Assembly: GCA_049516755.1 (NCBI GenBank)
Contig: JBEKSU010000001.1
Location: 1-51,306, forward strand
DNA length: 51,306 nt
Origin: Verrucomicrobiota bacterium
GTDB lineage: Bacteria > Verrucomicrobiota > Verrucomicrobiia > Limisphaerales > UBA11358
Reading direction: 5' to 3'
Shown: one piece after another, positions 51,196 to 51,306 of the stretch
Numbering within the stretch: position 1 is the first letter of the stretch
Layout of the letters: every line of letters starts with the position of its first letter
Notes under the pieces: model-generated
The model's database searches: none
What the model was told of the DNA's origin: nothing
Seen by the model: only the letters and a program-made list of their open reading frames with translations
Translations under genes and position numbers: made by a program

Positions 51196-51306
51196 GTGAT
51201 GTTTAACTGTGAGACTAACCTCTCTCTTGTCAGACTGTTCCCGTTAATCGGATTTCAAATCATCACTGAACTGAAGTTCACCTGAAGATTTACCATGCCA
51301 TGCAAT
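51196..51306 (-). promoter_or_regulatory. conserved 5' leader of the RRM gene (copy B, runs off the window)
   Basis: See 46618..46725. Confidence 0.5.

Overview
High-GC bacterial chromosomal window with about 47 protein genes and 1 tRNA. The gene content points to Verrucomicrobiota or another PVC-group bacterium: prepilin-like pseudopilins with an ACINNLRQI motif, three PEP-CTERM proteins, a HYR-repeat protein, a GH28 pectinase and RRM-type RNA-binding proteins.

Layout:
- 1-3.5 kb: two tandem pseudopilin paralogues, then an ABC-2 exporter and a TPR protein.
- 3.7-6.2 kb: hisB and a polytopic membrane protein.
- 6.3-13.9 kb (minus strand): a cell-shape operon, mreB-mreC-mreD-mrdA-rodA-rng.
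- 14.1 kb: tRNA-Met(CAU).
- 14.4-24.3 kb: a lower-GC cell-surface block. It holds a SurA-N-like protein, an 871-aa HYR/Cys-rich protein, a 1002-aa secreted protein and three PEP-CTERM proteins, with unusual intergenic repeats.
- 24.7-28.0 kb: an accessory-looking islet. It holds a Zn-ribbon-HAD phosphatase, an AT-rich intergenic region with phased direct repeats, a small double-Zn-ribbon protein and a 589-aa internally duplicated kinase-like protein.
- 28.4-30.4 kb: nitronate monooxygenase and a VOC protein.
- 30.4-36.8 kb: an ArsR-headed cluster of Cys-rich membrane modules, an RND pump (MFP + permease), a rhodanese and a membrane-anchored thioredoxin.
- 36.8-51.3 kb: housekeeping and accessory genes. 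These are an SDR, a methyltransferase, a ModF-like ABC ATPase, thiM-thiE, a LysR/YeiH pair, rhlE, infA, cytochrome c, an HI0933-type flavoprotein, mpg and GH28. Two about 90% identical RRM genes here share a conserved 5' leader.

No CRISPR array, integrase, transposase or rRNA was seen.

Best candidates for something undescribed:
1. The kinase-pseudokinase / Zn-ribbon / HAD islet with its iteron-like repeat array.
2. The ArsR / Cys-module / RND / rhodanese / thioredoxin cluster.
3. The repeat architecture around the PEP-CTERM genes.

All functional calls rest on motifs read by eye. No database search was run.
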